A stretch of DNA of 64,000 bases from an uncultured Candidatus Saccharibacteria bacterium (GTDB taxonomy: Bacteria > Patescibacteriota > UBA1384 > 2-12-FULL-50-11), in contig CAZRED010000001.1 in NCBI GenBank assembly GCA_964599405.1, positions 149,942 through 213,941 on the forward strand. Direction: 5' to 3'. A program made the translations under genes and the position numbers. The notes beneath the pieces are model-generated. The model was not told the origin of the DNA. It did not search any database and saw only the letters and a program-made list of their open reading frames with translations. Positions 19,666 to 28,269 of this stretch are shown here, piece by piece (position 1 is the stretch's first letter; every line of letters begins with the position of its first letter).

Positions 19666-19688
19666 GCATGGACGACGTTAGAACCTAA

Positions 19689-19717
19689 CTCGACATTTTA
19701 AGGTTGGGGGGTACAAT
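19689..19717 (+). promoter_or_regulatory. CTCGACATT/AGGTT junction-promoter site, copy 1
   Basis: CTCGACATTTTAAGGTTGGGGGGTACAAT; ATG 7 nt downstream opens only a 14-codon ORF. Confidence 0.75.
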
Positions 19718-19850
19718 CCTGAATATGAACCTTACAACACGCGGAGCGGAGGAAGTAAAAGGAGGTTAACTGTCGGCGAGCAAATGGCGACAAGGGAGAC
19801 CATAAAGAAACGATAAATTTCAGCCGTTTGGCTGATAAATAGGAGGTAAA

Positions 19851-20450
19851 ATGGAAAATAAGAGTAACTTATTCATCGCCGGTGTGTTCTTGGTAGGAAT
19901 AATTGCCGGGGTATTACTTGCTCCAGTCGTAAAAAATACTACGGGAATGATGAGCAGAGATGGTAGCACGCAACAGGAGCGAATGGACAAAATGTTCATT
20001 GAACAGATGGTCCCACATCACGAAGACGCGATTGCAATGGCTAAGATTGCCCAAGAAAAAGCTACACGACCGGAGATTAAACAGTTAGCAGCTGATATTA
20101 TTTCTAGTCAGTCGACGGAAATAGAACAAATGAAGAAGTGGTATAAAGATTGGTTTGGGAGTGATGTATCTAGCGTTGACCATACCGCAATGCATCACGG
20201 CGGTGGAATGATGCCAGGCAGTATGATGTCTGAAACTGATATTACCCGACTCACGACAGCCAATCCATTTGAGAAAGAATTTATTCGGCAGATGATACCC
20301 CATCATCAAATGGCAGTAATGATGGCCGAGATGCTAAAAACTACAACTGACCGAGCCGAAATGAAAAAACTGGCCGAAGATGTTATTACGGCCCAAACCG
20401 CTGAGATTGAAAAAATGAGAGCGTGGGATAAGGCTTGGTATGGGGCCTAA
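19851..20450 (+). CDS. DUF305 (CopM-like) Met/His-rich protein
   Basis: Two FI.QM.PHH repeats; SD AGGAGG. Confidence 0.88.
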   Translation: MENKSNLFIAGVFLVGIIAGVLLAPVVKNTTGMMSRDGSTQQERMDKMFIEQMVPHHEDAIAMAKIAQEKATRPEIKQLAADIISSQSTEIEQMKKWYKDWFGSDVSSVDHTAMHHGGGMMPGSMMSETDITRLTTANPFEKEFIRQMIPHHQMAVMMAEMLKTTTDRAEMKKLAEDVITAQTAEIEKMRAWDKAWYGA

Positions 20451-20493
20451 TAACGAAAGGTTCTAGACCGGAGTAGCGAGCGAAATAATACCC

Positions 20494-20862
20494 ATGAAAC
20501 AGGACGATAAGACAAAACAACGGATTCACACAATGAGAGTCGGCGGCGTCTATCCTTTCTATGTTGCTAAAGCACAGAAAAAAGGACGCACAAAAGCAGA
20601 GGTTGATGAAGCCATCTGTTGGCTAACGGGCTATAGCCAGAAAGAGCTGGAAGCCGAGCTGGCCAAAGAAACCAACTTTGAAGCTTTCTTTAAGAAAGCG
20701 CCGAAGCTGAACCCAGCCCGAAAATTAATTACCGGCCTAATCTGCGGTGTGCGGGTGGAAGAGATCGAAGATCCAATAATACGGGCTGTTCGTCAGCTAG
20801 ATAAGCTGATCGACGAGTTAGCCAAAGGCAGAGCGATGGAGAATATTCTGCGTAAACAATAA
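20494..20862 (+). CDS. DUF2200 family protein
   Basis: [42 protein letters not shown]. Confidence 0.88.
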   Translation: MKQDDKTKQRIHTMRVGGVYPFYVAKAQKKGRTKAEVDEAICWLTGYSQKELEAELAKETNFEAFFKKAPKLNPARKLITGLICGVRVEEIEDPIIRAVRQLDKLIDELAKGRAMENILRKQ

Positions 20863-20876
20863 GCTCTCATCGAATA

Positions 20877-20905
20877 CTCGACATTTCCAGGTTCGGCGGT
20901 ACAAT
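20877..20905 (+). promoter_or_regulatory. Junction-promoter site, copy 2
   Basis: CTCGACATTTCCAGGTTCGGCGGTACAAT; ATG 7 nt downstream. Confidence 0.8.
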
Positions 20906-20912
20906 TCGGATA

Positions 20913-21470
20913 ATGAATTTAGAAAAAAGCTTTCGTGAGTTCATCGAAAGCGACGCACTTTATCAGGAAGCTTTTAGAATCGTTCAGCACAACTCATCGG
21001 GAAAAATCTGGCTAATTGGCGGGTACCTATCCCGTAACCTGGCAAACATCCTGTATGGCACCGGGGAACCAGACAAGGGCGATATTGATTTTATTGTTGA
21101 AAAGCTCAACCCGTATTTCTTTGCTTCCGACTGGGGGATACGGATAAACAGTTACGGTAATCCCAAGTTAAGAAAAGGTGCGGTGCGAATGGACGTAGTT
21201 CCGCTAGACAATGTCCTTTCCATTCGGCAGCGAAGCCTTGAGCCAACAATCGAAAACTACCTTACAGGCGTTCCCCTCACATTTCAGTCAATCGCTTATG
21301 ACACAACCAGTGGCAAAATAATTGGCGGGATTGGCAAACACTCACTGAAGACTAGAACTATCGGTATTAATAGCCCCGAGTTGATTGCCAGCACAGCCCG
21401 GAAAAAAGGCATGACTATAGACGAGTATGTAGACAAGTACTGTCGCAGCTTCGGTTTCCGAAAAGTTTAG
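20913..21470 (+). CDS. Stand-alone nucleotidyltransferase (CCA/poly(A) polymerase head-like)
   Basis: IWLIGGYLSRN...GDIDFIV (GG + DxD), QSIAYD. Confidence 0.65.
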   Translation: MNLEKSFREFIESDALYQEAFRIVQHNSSGKIWLIGGYLSRNLANILYGTGEPDKGDIDFIVEKLNPYFFASDWGIRINSYGNPKLRKGAVRMDVVPLDNVLSIRQRSLEPTIENYLTGVPLTFQSIAYDTTSGKIIGGIGKHSLKTRTIGINSPELIASTARKKGMTIDEYVDKYCRSFGFRKV

Positions 21471-21499
21471 CTCGACATTCCCAGGTTCGGGAGTAGAAT
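21471..21499 (+). promoter_or_regulatory. Junction-promoter site, copy 3
   Basis: CTCGACATTCCCAGGTTCGGGAGTAGAAT directly after TAG; ATG 7 nt downstream. Confidence 0.8.
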
Positions 21500-21506
21500 C
21501 TAAGGA

Positions 21507-22154
21507 ATGAAGCGAAGCGAGCTACTTGTAGATATTGGTCTTGTGGTATTGGCTATAATCTCTACCGGTCTATTAGTCTTCGAGATTACCCACGATGTAA
21601 CCGCTTCAACAAGCACGCTAATAAGCCGGGTGGATATAGTTATTGCACTAATTTTCCTCGCAGATTTCATATACGGTTTCTCGCAAGCAAAGAATAAAAG
21701 TCAGTTTTTTAGTAAGCGTTGGTACGAATTACTTGCTTCTATACCGATTACGTCAACTACAACTCAGATTCTAAGAAGTTTGCGGTTGTTGAGGGTACTC
21801 CGAATCATCCGTTTGATGGCACGAATGAGGCGGGTAGCCGATTTTTACCTCGACGGTCCAAAGTTTCAGATTCTATCAATCGTGCTGACAGTATTTACTC
21901 TTGTATTTATGGGGGCAGTCGCCTTCCACAGTTATGAATTCGGAATAAATCAGAATGTTCACAACCTCTTCGACAGTTTCTGGTGGGCAATGGTTACGGT
22001 TACGACCATTGGTTATGGCGATATTTATCCGGTCACAACTGCGGGAAGGGTTGTTGCAATGATATTAATGGTTATCGGTATAGGAACTCTGGGAACGGTT
22101 ATCGGATCCGTGGCTACCCAATTCCTAAAAGCCGAAGAAGAATTCAAAAGGTAG
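21507..22154 (+). CDS. Voltage-gated K+ channel-like ion transporter
   Basis: S4-like LRSLRLLRVLRIIR; pore WWAMVTVTTIGYGD. Confidence 0.92.
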   Translation: MKRSELLVDIGLVVLAIISTGLLVFEITHDVTASTSTLISRVDIVIALIFLADFIYGFSQAKNKSQFFSKRWYELLASIPITSTTTQILRSLRLLRVLRIIRLMARMRRVADFYLDGPKFQILSIVLTVFTLVFMGAVAFHSYEFGINQNVHNLFDSFWWAMVTVTTIGYGDIYPVTTAGRVVAMILMVIGIGTLGTVIGSVATQFLKAEEEFKR

Positions 22155-22158
22155 CAGG

Positions 22159-22177
22159 CTCGACATTCCCAGGTTCA
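22159..22177 (+). repeat. Junction site, copy 4 (no -10 half)
   Basis: CTCGACATTCCCAGGTTCA, matching copy 3 over 18 nt. Confidence 0.8.
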
Positions 22178-22259
22178 CACACCTGTCAAACCTAATGACG
22201 CCTGGGAACAACCCAGCCGGGTGGGTTGTTCGTGATACAGGCGGGAACAGGAGGAACCA

Positions 22260-22586
22260 CTATGTGCGCGTGCTCTTTAAGCGTTTGTCGAGAATCCCCT
22301 GGATTGACGGACTAATCTTTTTGTCCGGGCGGTGGATACAACCTACCCAGCAACAAGGCCGGCGCTTGCCTTCGAGTAGTTCTTCGCCGGTTCTTTTAAT
22401 ACGGCGGCTCCGGGTTTCAATCTGTTTGGCATTCTCCACCCAGCAGATGAACTCGTTGCGAGCGAGCACAGTTATGTCTTCCCATAGCTTAAGAACTTTT
22501 GGGTCCGCAACCAGCGCTTTGCGCAGATCCGCTGGCATTTTATGTACTGTGCCGCCAGAAATTTCTTTTGCAACCATTGGATACAT
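22260..22586 (-). CDS. YdeI/OmpD-associated family protein
   Basis: MPADLRKAL..WEDITVLARNEFICWVENAKQIETRSRRI..GKRRPCCWVGC. Confidence 0.85.
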   Translation of the reverse strand: MYPMVAKEISGGTVHKMPADLRKALVADPKVLKLWEDITVLARNEFICWVENAKQIETRSRRIKRTGEELLEGKRRPCCWVGCIHRPDKKISPSIQGILDKRLKSTRT

Positions 22587-22601
22587 TTTACATTAACATG
22601 C

Positions 22602-22630
22602 CTCGACATTTCTAGGTTCAACGGTAGAAT
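22602..22630 (+). promoter_or_regulatory. Junction-promoter site, copy 5
   Basis: CTCGACATTTCTAGGTTCAACGGTAGAAT; ATG 6 nt downstream. Confidence 0.8.
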
Positions 22631-22636
22631 TGAGCA

Positions 22637-22909
22637 ATGGATCTACAATTGCTGTTCAGTATTTTGGTTACAATCTTCTCGCTGGGCCTAACACTTATCG
22701 GCATCCCAGCACAAATTATGAAAAACTATCGGGAAAAGCGTTCTGGCCAACCATTAATCACTATTGTAATTGCTATGGGATTTTACGCGTCTTCAATCGT
22801 CCTTTTTGCCTTGACCAAAACATACCTCCCACTGGCCGCTTTCTGCATCGGTTTCGTGATGTGGGGGATAACCTTAGGACAGTACTTGACGTATAACCGG
22901 AAACGTTAG
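22637..22909 (+). CDS. PQ-loop / SemiSWEET-like 3-TM protein
   Basis: 90 aa, three TM, IPAQIMKNYREKRSG. Confidence 0.7.
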   Translation: MDLQLLFSILVTIFSLGLTLIGIPAQIMKNYREKRSGQPLITIVIAMGFYASSIVLFALTKTYLPLAAFCIGFVMWGITLGQYLTYNRKR

Positions 22910-22928
22910 CTCGACATTTTCAGATTCA
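22910..22928 (+). repeat. Junction site, copy 6
   Basis: CTCGACATTTTCAGATTCA directly after TAG. Confidence 0.7.
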
Positions 22929-22996
22929 AGATACGAGTTTTGGACTGCTATAATACGGGCGTTATGAACCTTATTCTTATCGGAGGTGACTAGAGT

Positions 22997-23188
22997 TTGG
23001 ACGAGAGTGATCGTTACTGCGTGAAGTGTGGCCGCCCCATTGAAGAATGCATGGGGTTTGTGAAAGCCGGCGATGTCCTGGAGTTGATTCTGGGGACGGG
23101 CACGAGACTTCGCGAACTTTGCGGAGTTTGCATAATCCTCTGGAGATGGACCAGAAAAGACACCCTCGTCATGCGAAAAGCTGCCTGA
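22997..23188 (+). CDS. Small putative zinc-finger protein
   Basis: CVKC and CGVC pairs; GGAGG SD upstream of TTG start. Confidence 0.5.
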   Translation: MDESDRYCVKCGRPIEECMGFVKAGDVLELILGTGTRLRELCGVCIILWRWTRKDTLVMRKAA

Positions 23189-23237
23189 CCAAGCCAAAAG
23201 AGACTTACTACCAAAACAGTTGGTCTCTTTTTTTATA

Positions 23238-23266
23238 CTCGACATTATCGGGTTCGGAGGTATGAT
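23238..23266 (+). promoter_or_regulatory. Junction-promoter site, copy 7
   Basis: CTCGACATTATCGGGTTCGGAGGTATGAT, then SD AAGGAG. Confidence 0.75.
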
Positions 23267-23283
23267 CAAGAAAAGGAGAGAGA

Positions 23284-23412
23284 ATGATGGATTGGACGTG
23301 GGGCCAAGGGATGATGAGTGGAATGGGTTTTTGGGGAGCGATCTTCGGTATTGTTATCCTGATTAACCTAGTTTTTCTCGCTGTCTGGCTCTGGAAACAA
23401 ATTAGTAAGTAG
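23284..23412 (+). CDS. Small Met/Gly-rich membrane peptide (42 aa) upstream of Cu-ATPase
   Basis: Manual translation MMDWTWGQGMMSGMGFWGAIFGIVILINLVFLAVWLWKQISK*; good SD. Confidence 0.7.
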   Translation: MMDWTWGQGMMSGMGFWGAIFGIVILINLVFLAVWLWKQISK

Positions 23413-23416
23413 CTCA

Positions 23417-25384
23417 ATGGATCACCACGGTCATACTAGCGGCCATCATTCGATGGGCGCTGATGATGCTCAAATGTTTTTGCGGCGATTTTGGTACACA
23501 ACATTTCTGCTAGTTCCGCTCCTGTTGGTTAGCAACGTCGGGATAAAGTTTTTTGGTGTGCCGGACTTTGGCGGCCGTGAATTTGTTGGCTTTGCCATTT
23601 CCACGGTAATCTTTTACTTTTCTTGGATATTCTTTGAGCACGCTACCCACGAGATAAAGAGCCGAAGTTACGGGATGATGACACTGGTTTCGGTAGCGGT
23701 GGCCAGCGGCTTTTTGTTTTCAGTGGCTTCCACTTTTATTCCGTCGTTTGGCGGGGTGGAATTTTTCCTGGAAATCTCAACCTTAATCTGGGTACTGCTG
23801 TTTGGCCACTATTTGGAGGCGAAATCAACGGCGACCGCCGGTTCGGCCTTGCAAGAAGTGGCCAAATTACTGCCAAAAGTTGTCCACCTGCTCGACGGCG
23901 AGCAAACCACAGACGTGCCGGTGGAGCAGATTAAAGCTGGTGACATGATTGTGGTTAAGCCAGGCGAAAAGTTACCGGCCGACGGCACAATTTTGGAAGG
24001 GGCGGCCAATATGGACGAAGCGCTAGTAACTGGCGAGTCAAAACCAATCAGTAAAAAAACGGGGGACGCGGTGATTGCCGGATCAATTTGTTTGGACGGT
24101 TCGCTCAAAATCAGAATTGAAAAAACTGGCCTGGATTCGACGGTTGGTCATATTCAACAGCTAGTTGAGCAGGCCCAAACAACCAAGCCACAACTGCAAC
24201 ATATCGCCGACCGGGTGGCCTCGTTGTTGACCTTTGTGGCGCTGGGTACGGCAATTTTGACGGTGCTGATTTGGACGTTGGTGAGTGGCCAGACGTTTGC
24301 ATTTGCCCTGACGATGGCCGTGACGGTGCTGGTGATTGCTTGCCCGCACGCCCTGGGATTAGCAATTCCAACCGTTTCTACTACCGCCACTTCCTTGGCA
24401 CTAAAGCACGGCATTTTCTTAAAATCACTTAAAAAATTAGAGGCGGCCCGAAATATCAGCATCGTTGCCTTCGACAAAACCGGGACACTGACCGAAGGCC
24501 ATCCTGGGGTTACTGATGTGGTGGGCGAGAACCGTGAGGAGGCTTTGCGAGTTGCCGCGGCGTTAGAAGCGGGCTCCAGCCACCCGCTCGCCCAGGCAAT
24601 TATTGCCGAGGCTAAGGGAGCTAAGGCGAAAGTAACCGAATTTAAAAACCTGGCCGGGCGGGGCGTTAGCGGCACAGTTGAAGGCAATAAGTATTGGCTG
24701 GGCAACACAGAGATTCTGGAACAAGTTGATTTGAGCGAACAGAAAAATGATTTCGAGCGATTAAGCGCCGAGGGCAAAACAGTGGTGATACTACGCGATA
24801 AAACCCAGGTGCTTGGTCTAATCGCCGTTGCCGACAAAGTTCGTCCGGAGTCCAAAGAGGCGGTCAAACAACTGCACAACATTGGCGTGAAAGTGGCGAT
24901 GATTACCGGCGATAACGAAGGCGTGGCCAAAACCGTCGCCGGAGAATTGGGAATCGATACGTACTTTGCACAGGTTTTGCCAGAGGACAAATACAAAAAA
25001 ATTAAAGAACTTCAGGACAAGGGCGAGCAAGTGATGATGGTCGGGGACGGGGTCAATGATGCCCCGGCCTTGATTCAGGCAAACGTTGGGGTAGCAATCG
25101 GTGCCGGAACGGATGTGACGGTGGAAGCTGGCGATATTATTTTAACCAAGAACAACCCTGCTGATATCCCCAAGCTATTAATATTAAGTAAAAAAGTTTA
25201 CGGCAAAATGATTCAAAACTTGGTCTGGGCCGTTGGCTACAACGTTATAGCGATCCCCGCTGCCGCTGGGGCGTTTGCGAGCTTCGGTTTATTTTTGCGC
25301 CCGGATGTCGGAGCGTTTCTGATGGCGATGTCGTCGGTGGTGGTGGTAATTAACGCCCTGCAATTAAAGAGAGTGAAATTGTAG
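23417..25384 (+). CDS. Copper-translocating P1B-type ATPase (CPH motif, CopB-like)
   Basis: His-rich N-terminus, TGES, CPHALG, DKTGT, GDGVNDAPAL, YN in TM7. Confidence 0.95.
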   Translation: MDHHGHTSGHHSMGADDAQMFLRRFWYTTFLLVPLLLVSNVGIKFFGVPDFGGREFVGFAISTVIFYFSWIFFEHATHEIKSRSYGMMTLVSVAVASGFLFSVASTFIPSFGGVEFFLEISTLIWVLLFGHYLEAKSTATAGSALQEVAKLLPKVVHLLDGEQTTDVPVEQIKAGDMIVVKPGEKLPADGTILEGAANMDEALVTGESKPISKKTGDAVIAGSICLDGSLKIRIEKTGLDSTVGHIQQLVEQAQTTKPQLQHIADRVASLLTFVALGTAILTVLIWTLVSGQTFAFALTMAVTVLVIACPHALGLAIPTVSTTATSLALKHGIFLKSLKKLEAARNISIVAFDKTGTLTEGHPGVTDVVGENREEALRVAAALEAGSSHPLAQAIIAEAKGAKAKVTEFKNLAGRGVSGTVEGNKYWLGNTEILEQVDLSEQKNDFERLSAEGKTVVILRDKTQVLGLIAVADKVRPESKEAVKQLHNIGVKVAMITGDNEGVAKTVAGELGIDTYFAQVLPEDKYKKIKELQDKGEQVMMVGDGVNDAPALIQANVGVAIGAGTDVTVEAGDIILTKNNPADIPKLLILSKKVYGKMIQNLVWAVGYNVIAIPAAAGAFASFGLFLRPDVGAFLMAMSSVVVVINALQLKRVKL

Positions 25385-25396
25385 GGTTGTTACTTC

Positions 25397-25435
25397 GTAA
25401 TCAACGCCCTGCAGCTACGTCGGGTAAAGTTATAG
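25397..25435 (+). repeat. Diverged duplicate of last 12 codons plus stop of the Cu-ATPase
   Basis: Encodes VINALQLRRVKL* vs VINALQLKRVKL* at 25346-25384, with many synonymous changes. Confidence 0.88.
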
Positions 25436-25506
25436 CTCTCGGCACGTTAACCAGAATTTAACAACTCCGTGCTATCCTTAATATAATTAAGGAGCCGAAG
25501 ATAACT

Positions 25507-26718
25507 ATGTACCGCCAGCACGAATCACCTAAAAAATTTGATTTTGGAAGGTTGGTAATTGTTGCCATCACGGCAGTCGTAATAATTACCGCCACCCTCA
25601 TTTATCTAACCCGCAAAGAAATTATAAAATTTGGCGAGCTTGGCCCTACCCCTCTAGCCTACAACTCCACCCTTTCCTTACTACCTGGTAGCGGGGTACT
25701 TAACTTGGGCGAGCCCCAACGCATTGCTATTCAGCTAACAACGGGTGGTGATGCGATAAACGCCGTCCAGACCACGGTTGTCTATGACCCCCAAAAAGTA
25801 ACGATTACCGAAATTCTGACAACCGATTCTTTCTGTCAGCTCTTTCCGGTTAAAACTATTAACGCCACAATCGGCGAAGCAACGATCGGCTGTGGCTTAC
25901 CAACCCCCGGGTTTAGCGAGGCTACCGGTACAGTTGCGGTGTTATCGCTGGGCCTGAACCAGGCCGGTACAGTCTCGTTGGGATTGAAAGACAGCTTAGT
26001 TTTAGCCAACGACGGGCTGGGAACAAACGTTTTGCGCTCAACCACTGGCGCTGAGTATCAAGTGACCGACAGCTTACAGACAACGACTGTTTTGGCGCAA
26101 GGATCGGGCATGCTGACTGTCGCACCGATTTTGAGCGTTACTTCGCCAACCCACCCAGATCCTGAACAGTGGTATAAAAGCCGGGACGTGCAGTTTGTCT
26201 GGACAGCCACTAGCGGCTACCAATATGTCTACCACTTTGATCAACTTCCAGCCTTGGTACCGGACAGTTCGTTTATAGCTGCCGTTAGCCCTTTAACTGT
26301 AACCGCCCCCGCTGATGGGGTTTTTTACTTCCATATGGCAACAAAAAAGGCCGGGGTCGTCCAATCAATCTACGACCGACCGGTTAGAGTTGATACCGCC
26401 CCACCGCAAACCGTTAATCTTAGTGCCAGTCAAACCGAGATTAAAGTAGGCGAGATTGTTCAGCTCGTGTCGTCAGGCCAAGACGATACCAGCGGCGTTC
26501 AGTCTGCTTTTTACCTGCGAGAGGGTAGCGGCTCCCCCCTGTTTATCGGTGCTAATCACAGCCATACATTTAGCGACCCGGGAGAACACATTTTAGTACT
26601 GCAAGCGTTCGATAACGCTGGTAATTATAGTGAGGATCAGATTGTGATTAGCGTCACTAGCCCCGGGTTCTTTGCCAAAGTCTGGTCTGGTCTGTTGTCA
26701 CTGGTTGGTCTGCGCTAA
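25507..26718 (+). CDS. Membrane-anchored cohesin-like + Ig-like surface protein
   Basis: DAINAVQTTVVYDP...SLVLANDGLGTNVL; TSPTHPDPEQWY; VDTAPP, AFDNAGN. Confidence 0.75.
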   Translation: MYRQHESPKKFDFGRLVIVAITAVVIITATLIYLTRKEIIKFGELGPTPLAYNSTLSLLPGSGVLNLGEPQRIAIQLTTGGDAINAVQTTVVYDPQKVTITEILTTDSFCQLFPVKTINATIGEATIGCGLPTPGFSEATGTVAVLSLGLNQAGTVSLGLKDSLVLANDGLGTNVLRSTTGAEYQVTDSLQTTTVLAQGSGMLTVAPILSVTSPTHPDPEQWYKSRDVQFVWTATSGYQYVYHFDQLPALVPDSSFIAAVSPLTVTAPADGVFYFHMATKKAGVVQSIYDRPVRVDTAPPQTVNLSASQTEIKVGEIVQLVSSGQDDTSGVQSAFYLREGSGSPLFIGANHSHTFSDPGEHILVLQAFDNAGNYSEDQIVISVTSPGFFAKVWSGLLSLVGLR

Positions 26719-26784
26719 TTGTAATAATTCCTGACAATTACCGGACTTCAAAAGACTTGTAATTAACGTAACAAAATAGTTACT

Positions 26785-27516
26785 ATGGTTATGAACCAAC
26801 AAAAAATACTAATGAAAAACATCACATTTGTTGTACTACTCATCGTGACCGTCGTGGCTTTTGTGCTTATTGCGACAGTTAGTAATCTGGTAGCAACCAC
26901 TGTCCCGGGTTTTCCCAACACTAGCTCCACTTCTGATTTTACCCAGACGATTAACCCCGGCACGTTGACAGTGGATATCGTCGACGGCAGTTACGTGGCA
27001 GTTGGTAGCCCGGCCGTAGCGATGAGCGCGGCAACGTTCGGTTTTACCTGTCAGACCACCACTGGCACCTTCGGAACCGGCACCCAGCAAATTTATGTTA
27101 AAAACCCCGACGCTTCCGACACCGGCTGGTCAACTACATTGGCCGCTTCCGCCCCCACCGCTTTTTGGGACAGTGCCGGTACTGATATGGACTTTAACGA
27201 CCCAACAACTGCTGGCTGTACTGATGGTGCCGACGCCGATAGTTTGAAAGGCCAAATGACGGTTGATCCTTCGGTCGGTACATTGGCCGTTGGGCAGTGC
27301 TTAAGCTGTGTGGTCACCAACGTCACCAAAGGATCGCTGGCGGCATTTAACCAAGCCACTCTCGATAGCATCACTATCTTAAGCGGCGCTGCAGGGTCGG
27401 ATGATATCGGCGACTGGAAATTAACCGGTGTATCGATTAGCCAAAAGATCCCGGGCGAACAGCCAGCGGCCAGCGACTACACCATTCCTCTGACACTTTC
27501 GATTGTGGCCATCTAA
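26785..27516 (+). CDS. Small WxL-like secreted protein 1
   Basis: N-terminal TM; GWSTTL, GDWKLTG, terminal YTIPLTLSI; start may be 26812 (MKNITF). Confidence 0.7.
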   Translation: MVMNQQKILMKNITFVVLLIVTVVAFVLIATVSNLVATTVPGFPNTSSTSDFTQTINPGTLTVDIVDGSYVAVGSPAVAMSAATFGFTCQTTTGTFGTGTQQIYVKNPDASDTGWSTTLAASAPTAFWDSAGTDMDFNDPTTAGCTDGADADSLKGQMTVDPSVGTLAVGQCLSCVVTNVTKGSLAAFNQATLDSITILSGAAGSDDIGDWKLTGVSISQKIPGEQPAASDYTIPLTLSIVAI

Positions 27517-27529
27517 AGTTTGGGGGATT

Positions 27530-28228
27530 ATCAAAAACAATACATTCCTCCTCGTCATCATCTCCATTGTCGTGCTGTCGATACCGTTTATTGTTAATGC
27601 CTTAATTACCAACGAAGCCCCACGATTACCAAACACCGCCGACGTTAACTTCACCCATACCATCAACCCCGGCACGTTGACGGTGGATGTTGTGGATGCT
27701 AGTTATGTCGTCGTCGGCAGTCCATCGGTGGCAATAAGCGCCTCAACCTTTGGTTTTACCTGTCAGAGTGCAACTGGGCTTTTTGGTACGGCCACCCAGC
27801 AAATCTACGTCAGAAATCCCGACGCGGCCGATAACGGTTGGGTAACGAGTTTGGCCGCTTCCGTCCCCACCGCTTTTTGGGACAGTGCCGGGACCGATTT
27901 AGACTTCAACGATCCGACGACTGCTGGCTGTACTGACGGCGCTGATACCGATACCTTGAAGGGTCAGATGTCGGTTAACCCAACCGTGGGGACATTGGCC
28001 ATCGGGCAGTGCGCCAGCTGTACTACTACCAACGTCACTAAGGGCTCCTCATCGGCCTACAACGAAGGGACGGTAGACAGCATTACCATTTTGAGCGGCG
28101 CCGCGGGGTCAGATGACATCGGCGACTGGAAATTAACCGGTGTGTCTGTTAGTCAAACTATTCCCGCCGAACAGCCAGCGGCCAGTGATTACAATATCAA
28201 CCTAACTCTTAGTATTGTTGCCAGCTAA
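27530..28228 (+). CDS. Small WxL-like secreted protein 2 (paralog), apparent ATC start
   Basis: Highly similar to the previous protein; GGGGGATT-ATC-AAAAAC aligns with paralog ATG-AAAAAC; alternative in-frame GTG at 27503. Confidence 0.65.
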   Translation: MKNNTFLLVIISIVVLSIPFIVNALITNEAPRLPNTADVNFTHTINPGTLTVDVVDASYVVVGSPSVAISASTFGFTCQSATGLFGTATQQIYVRNPDAADNGWVTSLAASVPTAFWDSAGTDLDFNDPTTAGCTDGADTDTLKGQMSVNPTVGTLAIGQCASCTTTNVTKGSSSAYNEGTVDSITILSGAAGSDDIGDWKLTGVSVSQTIPAEQPAASDYNINLTLSIVAS

Positions 28229-28269
28229 CAATAATTAGAGAATAATAATTATATAAAACAGAGGGGATT

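Noticed and set aside
19689-23266. Classical integron or CRISPR
   Set aside because: No tyrosine integrase and no RYYYAAC...GTTRRRY attC palindromes seen; spacing is gene-sized and irregular
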